Both the position numbers and the translations under genes were made by a program. From contig JBNKBE010000003.1 in the NCBI GenBank assembly GCA_050287085.1, positions 1 through 64,000 on the forward strand: DNA of 64,000 nt, written 5' to 3'. Source of the stretch: Polyangiaceae bacterium (GTDB lineage: Bacteria > Myxococcota_A > Polyangia > Polyangiales > Polyangiaceae). This document shows, piece by piece, positions 47,031 through 57,523 of this stretch; position 1 is the first letter of the stretch; each line of letters opens with the position of its first letter. Below the pieces are notes generated by a model. It worked only from the letters and a program-made list of their open reading frames with translations. It did not search any database and was not told the origin of the DNA.

Positions 47031-49583
47031 CTACTGGGTAATCGCGGGTGATGGCTGTCCCGAATAGACAGCATTGCACCGCGGATGCACTAGGTCGCTT
47101 CCCGGACAATCGAGGCCCTGAAAATCTGCGAGGGAGCGGGTGGGCTCTGCGTACCCGTCCGGAATCGCCAAGTTAGCGAAGGTGCGAAAGTACTGCAGGC
47201 AGGCATCCCGCCACCAACGGGCCTCGTAGTGCTGAATCTGCAGCAACTCCGAGACCTCCGCGAAGCGGCGGACGTCCACCCGACTTTCCACGGAATCCCA
47301 AGCAGCGCGCATGTCGCCAACAGCATCGACCCCTCGACTGTAGCGGTGGACCAGCTCCTCCCACAGGGTGCGTCCTGAGCTCAGAGGCTCCTGCCAGCCA
47401 ACGTGGTGGAAGAACAGGAGCAGGTCCTCCGGCACGGTATCCCGATTGGCCAGCATCTCGCGCAGGGGTCCGGCATATTGAGACACTGCGTTGCTTCCTG
47501 AAGCGGTACGATCAAAACCAAGCCCTTGCGCATCCGCCTTGTGGAAGTAGACCGGATTCCATTCGGGCCGCCCCAGATTGCTCACCCACGGCCCCGGTCC
47601 GTAGTGATGATCGCTACCCATGATGTGTGCGAGCCCCAAGGGCGTCATGTAGTCGACGAGTGCTTGGCGGGACGCCATCATCATCGTGACGACGGGCATC
47701 AATAACGCAGGATCATTGCCGAAGGTCTGACGTGCCCATTCGGTAGCTACAGCCTCCGCACCCAGATCGGGATCCCAAGCCATACGCCCAAACGCGTACC
47801 AATTGGCCTGATTGAAGTGAGATCCGCTCCAATTCTCATCGCTGCCGACGTTGGCAACGCCCGCTATCACCGACCTGTCGTAGCCATGGAGCGAGCCGTC
47901 CACGACCCGCGCAACCGTAGAGCCCTCGCCGTCCACGTGAGTATCGCTTTGCAGCACCTCTTCGAAGACAGAGCCCACGTAGGCCAGATGCGAATCCTGC
48001 CCCAGGTACTCTTTGGTGATTTGGAGCTCCAGGGCCAAGGGGGTGTCGGGCATCGCTCCAAAAAGTGGCGAAAACGGCTCTCGCGGCTGAAAGTCCAAGG
48101 GACCGTTTTTTACCTGAACAACGACATTCGGCAAAAACTGCCCGTCCAGCGGCTTGAACTCGTCGTAGGCCTCCCTGATGCGATCGATCGAGCCCCCCTC
48201 CGAATAGACAAAGGCCCGCCACATGACGATCCCACGGTCTCCCAGGGCCTCGGCCAGCATGTTGGCCCCGTCCGCATGAGAGCTTTGGTAGGTCTGCGGC
48301 CCCGGTTGTCCTTCGGAATTCGCCTTCACCAGAAAGCCCCCAAAATCAGGGATCCGTTCATAGATTTCGTCGGCTTTCGACGCCCACCAAGCGCGAACCC
48401 CGGCGTTCTTGGGATCTGCCGTACCTTGCCCTCCGATTTCCATCGGTGCGCTGAAGCGTGCAGTGAGGAATACTCGAATCCCATAGGGACGAAAGACATC
48501 GGCCAGCGCAGCCACTTTGTCCAAGTACTGCGGAGTGAGCACTTGTGCGTCCGCGTTCACATTCGTCAACACCGTGCCGTTGATCCCAATCGACGCGCAG
48601 GCCCGCGCGTACTCGGTGTAGCGGGGAGATAAGGTCCCAGGCAGGTTGCCCCAATCCCACAGCGAGCGCCCCGCGTAGCCACGCTCAACGCTGCCGTTGA
48701 GATTGTCCCAATGATTCAACAGGCGATGCTCGATCTTCGGCGCGCCTTCCAGCATCAAGTTGCTGAGGGGGCGATGGCTTTGCAGATGACGCAGGAGCGC
48801 AAAGGCGCCGTACAACGCGCCAACCTCGGTGTTGCCAACAATCACCGTGGTTGGGTGTCCTTCAACTTCGGCATTAGTGACGACGTAAGCGTCGTCAGCG
48901 AGAGCGTCGAGGCTTACGTCCTGCGGTAGCGACGCCACTTCTGCCAGCGTCGCGGGGGTGCCGACCAACACCCCACCCTCGGCGTCCACGGCCGCGTTGA
49001 CCGCGATTTGCTGACCGGTGAGGCCAGCCAGTCCCAACACCAGCTCATCGCGTGCCGCCCGCAGGGTCTCGGTCTGTCCCGGCTCGACAACGTAGCGGAA
49101 CGCGTCCTGGTACTGGCCTGCACGAGGCGCCACGGTGACCGCCGGATAGCGCAGCCATAGCTGCTCCCCACTCTCGTTGGGCGCGGGCCTGGACGGCGGG
49201 TCGTATACCAACTCGTCCTCATCATCGCCCCCTACCGCAGCGCCACCAGCGTTGGGCTCCACCCCGGCACTTCCCGCGAGCGGCCCTGACCCGGCGGCTC
49301 CCTCGCCTCCGGTGTTGGCGCCGCCCTGCGACTGAGCGCCGCCCTGCGACTGAGCGCCGCCCTGCGACTGAGCGCCGCCCTGCGACTGAGCGCCGCCCTG
49401 CTGGCCACCGCCCTGCGACTGAGCGCCGCCTCCCCCGCCCGAAACGTGGGTCGCGCCCGACGTCGCCCCTGCCGTGGACATCGCGCCGGGACTAGGAGCC
49501 ATCGAATCGTCCGAACAGGCCGGCACGACACACACGCACGATACCACGACGACAAGGCGCGGCAGAAAGGATCGAATGGACAT
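47031..49583 (-). CDS. aguA: GH67 alpha-glucuronidase, lipoprotein
   Basis: LWLRY, LNHWDNL.GSVERGYAG, KANSEGQPGP, KNGPLDFQPREP, KEYLGQ and WWRDAC..YF motifs; lipobox VPAC. Confidence 0.93.
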   Translation of the reverse strand: MSIRSFLPRLVVVVSCVCVVPACSDDSMAPSPGAMSTAGATSGATHVSGGGGGAQSQGGGQQGGAQSQGGAQSQGGAQSQGGAQSQGGANTGGEGAAGSGPLAGSAGVEPNAGGAAVGGDDEDELVYDPPSRPAPNESGEQLWLRYPAVTVAPRAGQYQDAFRYVVEPGQTETLRAARDELVLGLAGLTGQQIAVNAAVDAEGGVLVGTPATLAEVASLPQDVSLDALADDAYVVTNAEVEGHPTTVIVGNTEVGALYGAFALLRHLQSHRPLSNLMLEGAPKIEHRLLNHWDNLNGSVERGYAGRSLWDWGNLPGTLSPRYTEYARACASIGINGTVLTNVNADAQVLTPQYLDKVAALADVFRPYGIRVFLTARFSAPMEIGGQGTADPKNAGVRAWWASKADEIYERIPDFGGFLVKANSEGQPGPQTYQSSHADGANMLAEALGDRGIVMWRAFVYSEGGSIDRIREAYDEFKPLDGQFLPNVVVQVKNGPLDFQPREPFSPLFGAMPDTPLALELQITKEYLGQDSHLAYVGSVFEEVLQSDTHVDGEGSTVARVVDGSLHGYDRSVIAGVANVGSDENWSGSHFNQANWYAFGRMAWDPDLGAEAVATEWARQTFGNDPALLMPVVTMMMASRQALVDYMTPLGLAHIMGSDHHYGPGPWVSNLGRPEWNPVYFHKADAQGLGFDRTASGSNAVSQYAGPLREMLANRDTVPEDLLLFFHHVGWQEPLSSGRTLWEELVHRYSRGVDAVGDMRAAWDSVESRVDVRRFAEVSELLQIQHYEARWWRDACLQYFRTFANLAIPDGYAEPTRSLADFQGLDCPGSDLVHPRCNAVYSGQPSPAITQ
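49318..49430. repeat. 18-bp in-frame tandem repeat (GCGCCGCCCTGCGACTGA, 4 perfect + ~2 imperfect copies)
   Basis: Directly visible; encodes the GGAQSQ linker of the GH67 protein on the minus strand. Confidence 0.9.
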
Positions 49584-49993
49584 GAGCTTACCCCGGGGCT
49601 GCATACCAAGTCTGCGCCAGTAGGAACACATTCTCCCGCTCGCGCCGACCGCGGTGCCATTGTAGACGCGCGCCCCGGCCCAAAGCAGCCTCCGCACGCC
49701 GATCGTCCGCTGGATATCCTGTTCGTGACGCAATTTGCCTGTAGTTCCAAGATTCTAAGGGCAGCGGCGCAGCTCTCATACCCTGCGCGAAAGTCCCGAT
49801 GGACGCCTGGCGCCGGTGTCGAAGTCACCCGCGTGTCCCTTGCACACGACCGCGAAACGCCGCCGGCGACGCTGGCACGTCGACTCCTCCGGCCTTTTGG
49901 GGCGACCGCCGTTCTCGGTCATAGGCTGCCTTGCGACCGAGCGCATGGGCCATAGCGCTCAAGGCTGCCCGGGCTCTGCCGTACGTCTCGGGC

Positions 49994-52900
49994 ATGGGTT
50001 GGAGCGACTACGAGATAACCAAGACGCTAAGCAAGGGCAGCGTCACCGCCGTCTACCGCGCCGTGCGCAAGCACGACGGGGCAAGACTAGTGATAAAGAC
50101 ATTCGTCACGGAGTATCCACCCGCGCACCTCCGCGCACGTCTCGAGCGCGAGGCTCATAGGCTCCGTCGCGTGCAGTCATCAAATGTCGTTGAGTTGATC
50201 GCCTATGAGCCGAGCGAATCCCTTCCGTTATTAGCGCTTGCGGACGTAGACGGAGTCCCCCTGTCGGGATTGGGACCCTTCCCGATCTCGAGCTTTCTGT
50301 CGATCGCGCTACAACTGACTCGCGGCCTGGCGGCTCTGCACGCGAGCGGCATTATCCACCGAGATGTAAAGCCGGACAACGCGGTGCTCAACCAGGCGAC
50401 GGGCAGGGCCTATTTGATCGACCTCAGCAGCGCGAGCCTGGAGGGGGAGCACGAGCTCACCACCAAGAGTGGTACCGAACCGGTCTCTCCACCCTACATG
50501 TCACCCGAGCAGAGCGGACGTATGAATCGCTCGGTCGACTACCGCACCGACTTCTACTCACTCGGGATCACGTTCTACGAACTCCTGAGTGGATCGCTTC
50601 CCTTCGAAGCAGAAGACGCGATGGGGTGGGTTCACTGCCACCTGTCGCGAGCAGTACCGGACGTCCGCGAACGCATGGCCTCCGTCCCACAAACGCTGGC
50701 CCTCATCATTGCCAAGCTGACGGAAAAGGACCCGGATGCGCGATACCAGGGTTGCGCCGGCCTGCTAGCAGATCTCGAGCGCTGTCGCGACGGCCTCGAG
50801 CGTAGCGGGGAAGTGCCGCACTTCGAACCTGGCGCCTCTGACCTTTCCCCGGTGTTCAGATTGCCTACGCAGGTCTTCGGCCGCAACGCGGAGATACAGG
50901 ACTTGGTGGAACAGTTCGAGGCATCACGGTCTTCGAGCGCACGCCTTCTCTTGGTTGAAGGAGCCGTTGGCGTGGGCAAGAGCGCAGTGCTAAGCGCCCT
51001 GCAGCCCAACGTGCAGTTGGCCGGTGGCTTCTTCGCACGCGGCAGCTTTGATCGACTGGGTCAGGCCATCCCCTACAGCGGTGTCTTGAAAGCTTTAGAC
51101 CAAGTCATGTCAACACTGCTTGCGCTCTCAGAGCAAGAGTTGGACGTGCAGCGCTCCAGAATCTTGAGCCGTGTTGGCCCCAACGGACGTGTTCTGACTG
51201 AGTTGCTACCGAGCAGCGAGCTGGTGCTGGGAGCTCAACCCGCATTGGCAGAGCTTGGACCCGCTGAGGCGCTGCGCCGTCTCAAGGCCGTGTTATCGGG
51301 CTTGCTTCAAGCACTCGCCACCGCAGAACATCCTCTCGTCCTTCTGCTCGACGATCTCCAATGGGCCGACCCGGGAACGCTCGAGTTGCTACGGGATTGG
51401 TTTGTGGAGCAACAACTCGAATGCCTACTGGTGGCAGGTGGCGTACGCACCGACGAAGATGAGAACCAAGCCGTCACCAAGTCCCTGGCTCAGCTACGGG
51501 GTGAAGCCCCCAGCGCGGTCACCGAGCTCAAGCTTGGTCCCTTGTCGCGCCCTGCACTCGAGTCCCTCGTCGGTGCCGCCATCGGGAAAGACTCCCCCTT
51601 GCGCAGTCCCCTCGGCGAGATGTTGGAGCAGAAGACGGCGGGAAACCCATATTTTGCCGGTTCACTGCTCCGGGAGCTCGCCCGCCAAAGCATATTACGC
51701 TTCGACTCCGAGGCGGCGCATTGGACCTGCGACCTAGCTGCAGCCAGCGCCATCCGGGTCAGTGACAACGTAGCAGGCATGATGCTTGACCGGCTGCGCT
51801 CTCTCCCCGAAGCAGTCCTACACCTACTTCAAGTCGCCGCCTGCTTCGGCATCCAAACTCAGATGGATGCCCTGGCAAGAGTAGCAAAGCTCGAGTGTAC
51901 CGACGTTGAGACCATCAGTGCCGCGGCGGTCAAGGAAGACTTGGTTGTCCTCATACGGCAAGAGGATCGTTCGATCTTGCGTTTTACGGACGAACGCGTG
52001 CAACAAGCCGCCTACGACCTGTCGACGCCAGACAGACGAGCCGAAATTCATCTTGCCATTGCACGCTATCAAAACACGCAGCCGACAAGCCACGGCCTCC
52101 TGGAGCGGGTGAATCACTACAATAGAGGCTGCCAGCACATCACGGATGCGGCGGAATTCGACACGCTGGTCGAGCTCAACCGCAAGGCGGGCGACCAGGC
52201 GATGCAGAGCGCCGCCTATCCGAGCGCCCTCAGCTACTTCCAGCAAGCCAGTCAGGCCCTGACAGACGCAAGCGACGAAGTCCGAAAGCGAAACAGCTTC
52301 ATCGTCGGCCTGGCGCTAGCGGAATGTCTCTATCAGACGACGCAGCTGGACGCAGCCGCACGCCAATGCGAACGGCTATTGGAACACGCTGCGGACGAGC
52401 TGGAACGTGCCCACGTGACGGTCTTCCAGGCACGGCTAGCGGAGCATGCCGGGGACTTTCAAGGTACCCTGGACCTCTTGCGCGCCGGACTCGCGCAGCT
52501 GAAGATCGAACTGCCCGCCGATCATGATGCCATCGGCCAAGCTATCGGCGGCGGCATTGAGAAGATGCAGGCGCACCTCGCCCAGACACCGCTGGCGGAC
52601 ATTCCCAAGCTGCCTCTGATGGAAAACCAGGCGATGGCCCTGGCAATGCGGATGCTCTACCACGTCGTGCCAAGCGCGATCCAGACCTACCCGCCCCTCT
52701 TCATTCTCGCTGAGCTGCTGATGTTCGATCTCACGCTACGAGAGGGACTCACGCCCTACGCCTGCAAGAACGTCATGGACTGCGGTATTATCCAGGGCTC
52801 CGTTCTGGGTGACTACCGCCGCGCGTTCGACTTCGGACAAAGCGCTTTCGCCCTGATCGAACGGTTCCGGCCGACCGCGATCGAGTCCTCCGCGGCATTC

Positions 52901-55900
52901 GTCCAGGCGGCATTCATCGCTCATTGGTCCATGCCCGTGGAAGAGTCCTTAACAACATTCGACCACGCCGAAACGATCGGGCGACAAACAGGAGACGTAC
53001 AACACACCTTATACGCTCAAACGCATCGCTTGCATCGACTGCTCTTGATCGGACGCCCACTGCCCCAGGTTCAGGAGGAGCTTGAGCGCCTAGTTCCTGC
53101 ATTGGAGGCCGCAAAGAGCGTCAACCACGTCGTGGGTGCCCAGGTCGTCAGAGCGACACTGGAACGCCTTCAAGGGAGCGAGAGAGACACAGAAGCACTC
53201 GCTGCGCGGCGCCTGGGGCAATGGGCGGAACTCGAGAACTGCGGCAACGCACAATGGCTCTTCGCCTTCGCAGAAATGCAACTCTTCAACGCCGTCATTC
53301 TGCAGCACTGGGACGAAGCCCACCAATGGTTGGAGAAGCTGGCGCCGCTGGCACCAGCGGGCAGCACCCTCATATCCGTACCCGAATACGCCGCGTGCGA
53401 GACGATTGCCTTGTGTGCCAACTGGGACACGATGACTCCGGAGGCGCGCGAGCAAGTCCAGGCTACGGTAACAGCCAATCTAGCCCAGCTCGAGGATTGG
53501 GCTAGCTGCTGCGCCGCCAACTTCGAACACAAGTATCTGCTGGCGAAAGCGGAATGGGCTCGTTGCCACAAAGAGCCGGCAGACGTGGTTGCCAGCCTCT
53601 ACGAAGGTGCGGCCGAGACCGCGGGAGAAAACTTCACTCCGCTGAAGGCATTCGCCCTGGAGCGACATGGCCGCTACTGGCAAGCTCGTCAGCAAACGAG
53701 ACTAGCAAGGGCCCTGCTGCGAGAGGCCTATCAGCTCTACGCTCGCTGGGGCGCGAGGCTCAAACTGGAGCACCTCTCCGAAGAGTATCCGGGATGGTTT
53801 GCTGAAACGATGGTTCAATCAGGTCCGAGTGCGACGCAGCGCCTCGCCCGGAGCACCAATGCCACTGCGACGGCTGCGCTCGACCTGGCAGCGGTCATGA
53901 AGTCCACCCAGGCGATATCGGGCGAAGTCAAGCTGGAGCGCCTATTTGCCCGCCTCATGGAAACCATCATTGAGAACGCGGGCGCTGAGTGTGGCTACCT
54001 CATGCTCCTGGACGCCGACGGTCACTTGCAGGTCGAGGCCCGCGCGGACCTTCACGAGGCTAGCGGATGCCTAGCGTCGAGAAGCCCCGAAGACTATTCG
54101 ATGTGTCTGAGTGTGGTCCGTTACGTAGCCCGCAGCGGGGAAACCTTGGTCCTCGACGACGCCGTCAGCGACCCACAACATGGCTGCGATCCGTATTTTC
54201 AGGCCTCCAAGGTGCGTTCGGTCCTCTGCTTGCCTATCAAGTCCGGCGGCAAGCTGGTTGGCTTAGTGTACGCCGAAAACAATGCAACGAGCCATGCGTT
54301 CGTTCCGGAGAAGCTCGCGGCACTCAGCATGATAGCGAGTCAGGCCGCCATTTCCATCACCAATGCTCGATTGTATGATCATCTAGAGGAAAAGGTCGCG
54401 GAGCGTACGGTGGCCCTACGGAAGAAGACCGACGACGTCGTCAAGCTGCTGGAGAATATCCAGCAGGGAGTCTTCACTGTGTTGAACGACGGTACCATCC
54501 ACCCCGAGTATTCGCACCATCTTGAGGAAATTCTGGAGACGAACGCCATCGCCGGAAAGACTCTCAGAGAAGTCTTGCTCTCAAACACGAACTTGGCCCC
54601 GGCACAATTGGCAGCGGTGGACGACATGGTCACGCTAGCGGGCGGCACACCGCTGTTTCTATTCGAGGTCAACCAGCACTGCCTGCCGACCGAGGTCCAG
54701 CTTGAACTCGGGGACGGACGCAGGAAGCTAGTCGCTCTCGAATGGATCCCGCTCACCGACGAGGACGACATTGTAACCACGGTCATGATCACGGCCAAGG
54801 ACACGACCGAGCTGCGCGCGCTCCAAGCAGAAACGGCACGACAGCGTAGCCAGATGCTGATGGTTGAGGAGCTACTTCGCCTCAGTGGAAGCGACTTCCT
54901 ACAGTTCGCTGAGACCTGTGACCTTCTGATGCGACGCAACCGCGAGCTCATACAGCAACCCGGCTCGCGAGAGGGCGTAGTCGCGGAGCTATTCCGCAAC
55001 ACCCACACCATCAAAGGAAACGCCGGCGTCGTTGGGTTGAGAAGACTGGTAGACGCAGCTCACGAACTCGAAGAGCTCTACTGCAAACTCCAGAACGGCG
55101 ATACGTCGTGGGAACAGGAGGACGCCTTGGCCGCCGAAGACCGCGTGCAGACGAGTCTGCAAGACTACCGGGAGGCATACTACACGCACCTGGCGGGTCG
55201 TGAGCGATACGCCGATCAGAGCGTTCCCCTCGCCGAGCTGCGACACGTCATGGACGTTGCATCATCACCCGACGCGCTCGCCGCCGAGCTCAAGTTCCTG
55301 GTAAACAAGGCCAGCAACAACACCCTTGAAGCCCTCCTTGCGGTTCCCATTCAGAGCACGCGCCGCATCGCCGAGAACCTAGCCAAGAACCCTCCTGTCT
55401 TCAAACTCGAGGCGGCTGACCTGCACATTCCGGAGTCCATTGGTCCAACGCTGAGAAGCGTATTTACCCACGTGTTGCGCAACAGCATTGACCATGGTCT
55501 CGAAACGCCAGCAGAACGTCAAGCTGCGGGCAAGTCCGCCATCGGCGTGATTGTGATAGAAGGACACCAACGCGCCGACATGTTGGAGTTTCGAGTCACC
55601 GACGATGGCCGCGGATTGGCTCTCGAGAAGCTACGTGCCCGCTTCGTGAAGACACACCCCAATGCGGTGCATCCAACGGTCGGAGAGATCGCCGATTCCG
55701 TATTCGGCGCGGGCAACTCCACCGCAGCCCAAGTCACGGAACTGTCGGGGCGTGGCGTGGGGCTAGACGCGGTGCGTAGTTTCCTACGAGCCGCTGGCGG
55801 AGACGCCCGCATCGAGTTGCTGAATGAAGAGAAGAACGGCTTTGCGCCCTTCTGCTTGGTGCTCACCTGCGCTGCCGAACAAAGTGCCATACAAGCAGCA

Positions 55901-55906
55901 CAATGA
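49994..55906 (+). CDS. Multidomain kinase: Ser/Thr kinase - AAA ATPase - TPR-like - GAF - PAS-like - HPt - CheA-type HATPase
   Basis: HRDVKPDN/YMSPEQSGR; Walker A GAVGVGKS and Walker B LLDDLQW; GAF (SVLCLP..YAENN); HPt FRNTHTIKG; HVLRNSIDHGLE, DDGRG and SGRGVGLD. Confidence 0.9.
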   Translation: MGWSDYEITKTLSKGSVTAVYRAVRKHDGARLVIKTFVTEYPPAHLRARLEREAHRLRRVQSSNVVELIAYEPSESLPLLALADVDGVPLSGLGPFPISSFLSIALQLTRGLAALHASGIIHRDVKPDNAVLNQATGRAYLIDLSSASLEGEHELTTKSGTEPVSPPYMSPEQSGRMNRSVDYRTDFYSLGITFYELLSGSLPFEAEDAMGWVHCHLSRAVPDVRERMASVPQTLALIIAKLTEKDPDARYQGCAGLLADLERCRDGLERSGEVPHFEPGASDLSPVFRLPTQVFGRNAEIQDLVEQFEASRSSSARLLLVEGAVGVGKSAVLSALQPNVQLAGGFFARGSFDRLGQAIPYSGVLKALDQVMSTLLALSEQELDVQRSRILSRVGPNGRVLTELLPSSELVLGAQPALAELGPAEALRRLKAVLSGLLQALATAEHPLVLLLDDLQWADPGTLELLRDWFVEQQLECLLVAGGVRTDEDENQAVTKSLAQLRGEAPSAVTELKLGPLSRPALESLVGAAIGKDSPLRSPLGEMLEQKTAGNPYFAGSLLRELARQSILRFDSEAAHWTCDLAAASAIRVSDNVAGMMLDRLRSLPEAVLHLLQVAACFGIQTQMDALARVAKLECTDVETISAAAVKEDLVVLIRQEDRSILRFTDERVQQAAYDLSTPDRRAEIHLAIARYQNTQPTSHGLLERVNHYNRGCQHITDAAEFDTLVELNRKAGDQAMQSAAYPSALSYFQQASQALTDASDEVRKRNSFIVGLALAECLYQTTQLDAAARQCERLLEHAADELERAHVTVFQARLAEHAGDFQGTLDLLRAGLAQLKIELPADHDAIGQAIGGGIEKMQAHLAQTPLADIPKLPLMENQAMALAMRMLYHVVPSAIQTYPPLFILAELLMFDLTLREGLTPYACKNVMDCGIIQGSVLGDYRRAFDFGQSAFALIERFRPTAIESSAAFVQAAFIAHWSMPVEESLTTFDHAETIGRQTGDVQHTLYAQTHRLHRLLLIGRPLPQVQEELERLVPALEAAKSVNHVVGAQVVRATLERLQGSERDTEALAARRLGQWAELENCGNAQWLFAFAEMQLFNAVILQHWDEAHQWLEKLAPLAPAGSTLISVPEYAACETIALCANWDTMTPEAREQVQATVTANLAQLEDWASCCAANFEHKYLLAKAEWARCHKEPADVVASLYEGAAETAGENFTPLKAFALERHGRYWQARQQTRLARALLREAYQLYARWGARLKLEHLSEEYPGWFAETMVQSGPSATQRLARSTNATATAALDLAAVMKSTQAISGEVKLERLFARLMETIIENAGAECGYLMLLDADGHLQVEARADLHEASGCLASRSPEDYSMCLSVVRYVARSGETLVLDDAVSDPQHGCDPYFQASKVRSVLCLPIKSGGKLVGLVYAENNATSHAFVPEKLAALSMIASQAAISITNARLYDHLEEKVAERTVALRKKTDDVVKLLENIQQGVFTVLNDGTIHPEYSHHLEEILETNAIAGKTLREVLLSNTNLAPAQLAAVDDMVTLAGGTPLFLFEVNQHCLPTEVQLELGDGRRKLVALEWIPLTDEDDIVTTVMITAKDTTELRALQAETARQRSQMLMVEELLRLSGSDFLQFAETCDLLMRRNRELIQQPGSREGVVAELFRNTHTIKGNAGVVGLRRLVDAAHELEELYCKLQNGDTSWEQEDALAAEDRVQTSLQDYREAYYTHLAGRERYADQSVPLAELRHVMDVASSPDALAAELKFLVNKASNNTLEALLAVPIQSTRRIAENLAKNPPVFKLEAADLHIPESIGPTLRSVFTHVLRNSIDHGLETPAERQAAGKSAIGVIVIEGHQRADMLEFRVTDDGRGLALEKLRARFVKTHPNAVHPTVGEIADSVFGAGNSTAAQVTELSGRGVGLDAVRSFLRAAGGDARIELLNEEKNGFAPFCLVLTCAAEQSAIQAAQ

Positions 55907-56110
55907 CTTGCACCGTCCCGATCGGGACGAAATCGCCCTCTTCCGCACGCGGCGAACACTCATGCGGCTCGCTCGCAGCGGACTCCTTCTGCATGCGGCT
56001 CCCAGTGGACGCTGGTAAGTGTGCGAGCAATTAGGGCTCGGACTTCGATGCACTCGCGCCGCCAAGGGCACGCTGAACTGGCACAGCTCATGCAACGAGC
56101 CGATGCAGCA

Positions 56111-57523
56111 ATGAACACCGACAGAATACTGTTGCTTGAGGATGAGATTACGCTGCGGGATTCGTTGTGCCGAATGCTGCGAACACAGCTGGGCTTCGAG
56201 ACACACGCGACCGGTTCCTTGGAAGAGGGACTCGAATTGGTCGAGTCCCTCTCGCCGGCGCTAGTTCTCACCGACCTGGAATTGCCAGACGGTTCCGGAC
56301 TCCAGTTGCTAGACAGTCCATCGATCCAAAGCAAGCAGACCCCCATCCTCTTCATCACCGGTGAGCTGGAGCGTTTCGCAGCCGACATTCCTGAAGCGAG
56401 ACGGCTAGATGTACTGAGCAAACCGCTCGACCTGAGTGATCTCGGAGGTCGGATTGAGAAGAAGCTGCGGCTACGGCTCAGCAATCCTCCCCCCAAGTCC
56501 GCGTTCACCGTAGCCGACTACCTGCAACTGGCCGGCATGGCACGCCGGAGCGTCATGGTGGGCATCTCGTCCCCGAGCGGCGCAAGCGGCAAGATATTCG
56601 TCGAGGAGGGGCGTCCCGTTTGGGCCGAGGATGACGAGGGCAGCGGGCCAGAGGCATTCGCACGCCTCGCCGTACTCGTCGGCGCCGACATCGCGTGCAA
56701 GCCCTGCAGCGAATGGCCCGCCGAACCCAATCTCAATCAAAGCCTGGAGTCCATGTTGCTCGAGGCCGTTCGGGTCAGCGACGAGCGAGCGCACAAGTCC
56801 GCGCCCTCGGGCCGCTCACCCGCACCGCCGTCTGCAGCGAAACGCCCGGGTCCACCCCGCCCGGCTCCGCGCGCCCAGGCGACCGGGGCAAGCTCGAGCG
56901 AAGAAGCCATCCCGCCCACCGATCGGCACCCTGGCAACGCAGCCTTAGAAGTGAAGCCGACAGGGGCCAACCCGCAGACGAGCACCTCCGCCGACCCGCG
57001 CGGAATCCAAGCGCAAGCGCCCGCTGCGGAGACAACAAGCCCGCCACCGTCGCCTGCACAACCGGCCAGCGCTCAGCGCCGCCCGCGCCAGGCGCTCACG
57101 ACGCCACCCAGACCAGGACACGGACTGGGTGTCCCGCAGGCGCCTTTTAACGCCCGTGGCGTCCCCTCGGGCGCCGCCCCGCGGTCGACGCGCAGAGCTC
57201 CTTCTCTGGAAGAGCTCTCCGCCGCGTGTCCCTCGCTACTCGGTTTCACCCGAGCTGATAGGCACGGCAGTGTGGTAGCCATGACTGGGGAGCTCGACGC
57301 TGAGACAACATGTGCTGTCGCGACGTTGGCAAGACAAAACACGGCGGCCATGGCCGCCGAGCTCGGGCTGGGAGAAGTTCGTTCGTGGCAGATATCCATG
57401 GGCGAAAGCACCTGGTACGTGGTCGAGGAGGCAGACGGAATGGTCATCGCCCGCGGTGAAGTCACCAAGAACCCATCGGCAATACTCAACAAGCTCAACA
57501 AATTGCTCCTCCATAAGCCATGA
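56111..57523 (+). CDS. PatA-like response regulator: receiver + DUF4388 + Pro-rich linker + roadblock-like C-terminus
   Basis: LLEDE, LTDLELPD, FITG and KP receiver motifs; DYLQLA...GKIFVEEG..VWA (DUF4388); C-terminal profilin/roadblock-like segment. Confidence 0.8.
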   Translation: MNTDRILLLEDEITLRDSLCRMLRTQLGFETHATGSLEEGLELVESLSPALVLTDLELPDGSGLQLLDSPSIQSKQTPILFITGELERFAADIPEARRLDVLSKPLDLSDLGGRIEKKLRLRLSNPPPKSAFTVADYLQLAGMARRSVMVGISSPSGASGKIFVEEGRPVWAEDDEGSGPEAFARLAVLVGADIACKPCSEWPAEPNLNQSLESMLLEAVRVSDERAHKSAPSGRSPAPPSAAKRPGPPRPAPRAQATGASSSEEAIPPTDRHPGNAALEVKPTGANPQTSTSADPRGIQAQAPAAETTSPPPSPAQPASAQRRPRQALTTPPRPGHGLGVPQAPFNARGVPSGAAPRSTRRAPSLEELSAACPSLLGFTRADRHGSVVAMTGELDAETTCAVATLARQNTAAMAAELGLGEVRSWQISMGESTWYVVEEADGMVIARGEVTKNPSAILNKLNKLLLHKP

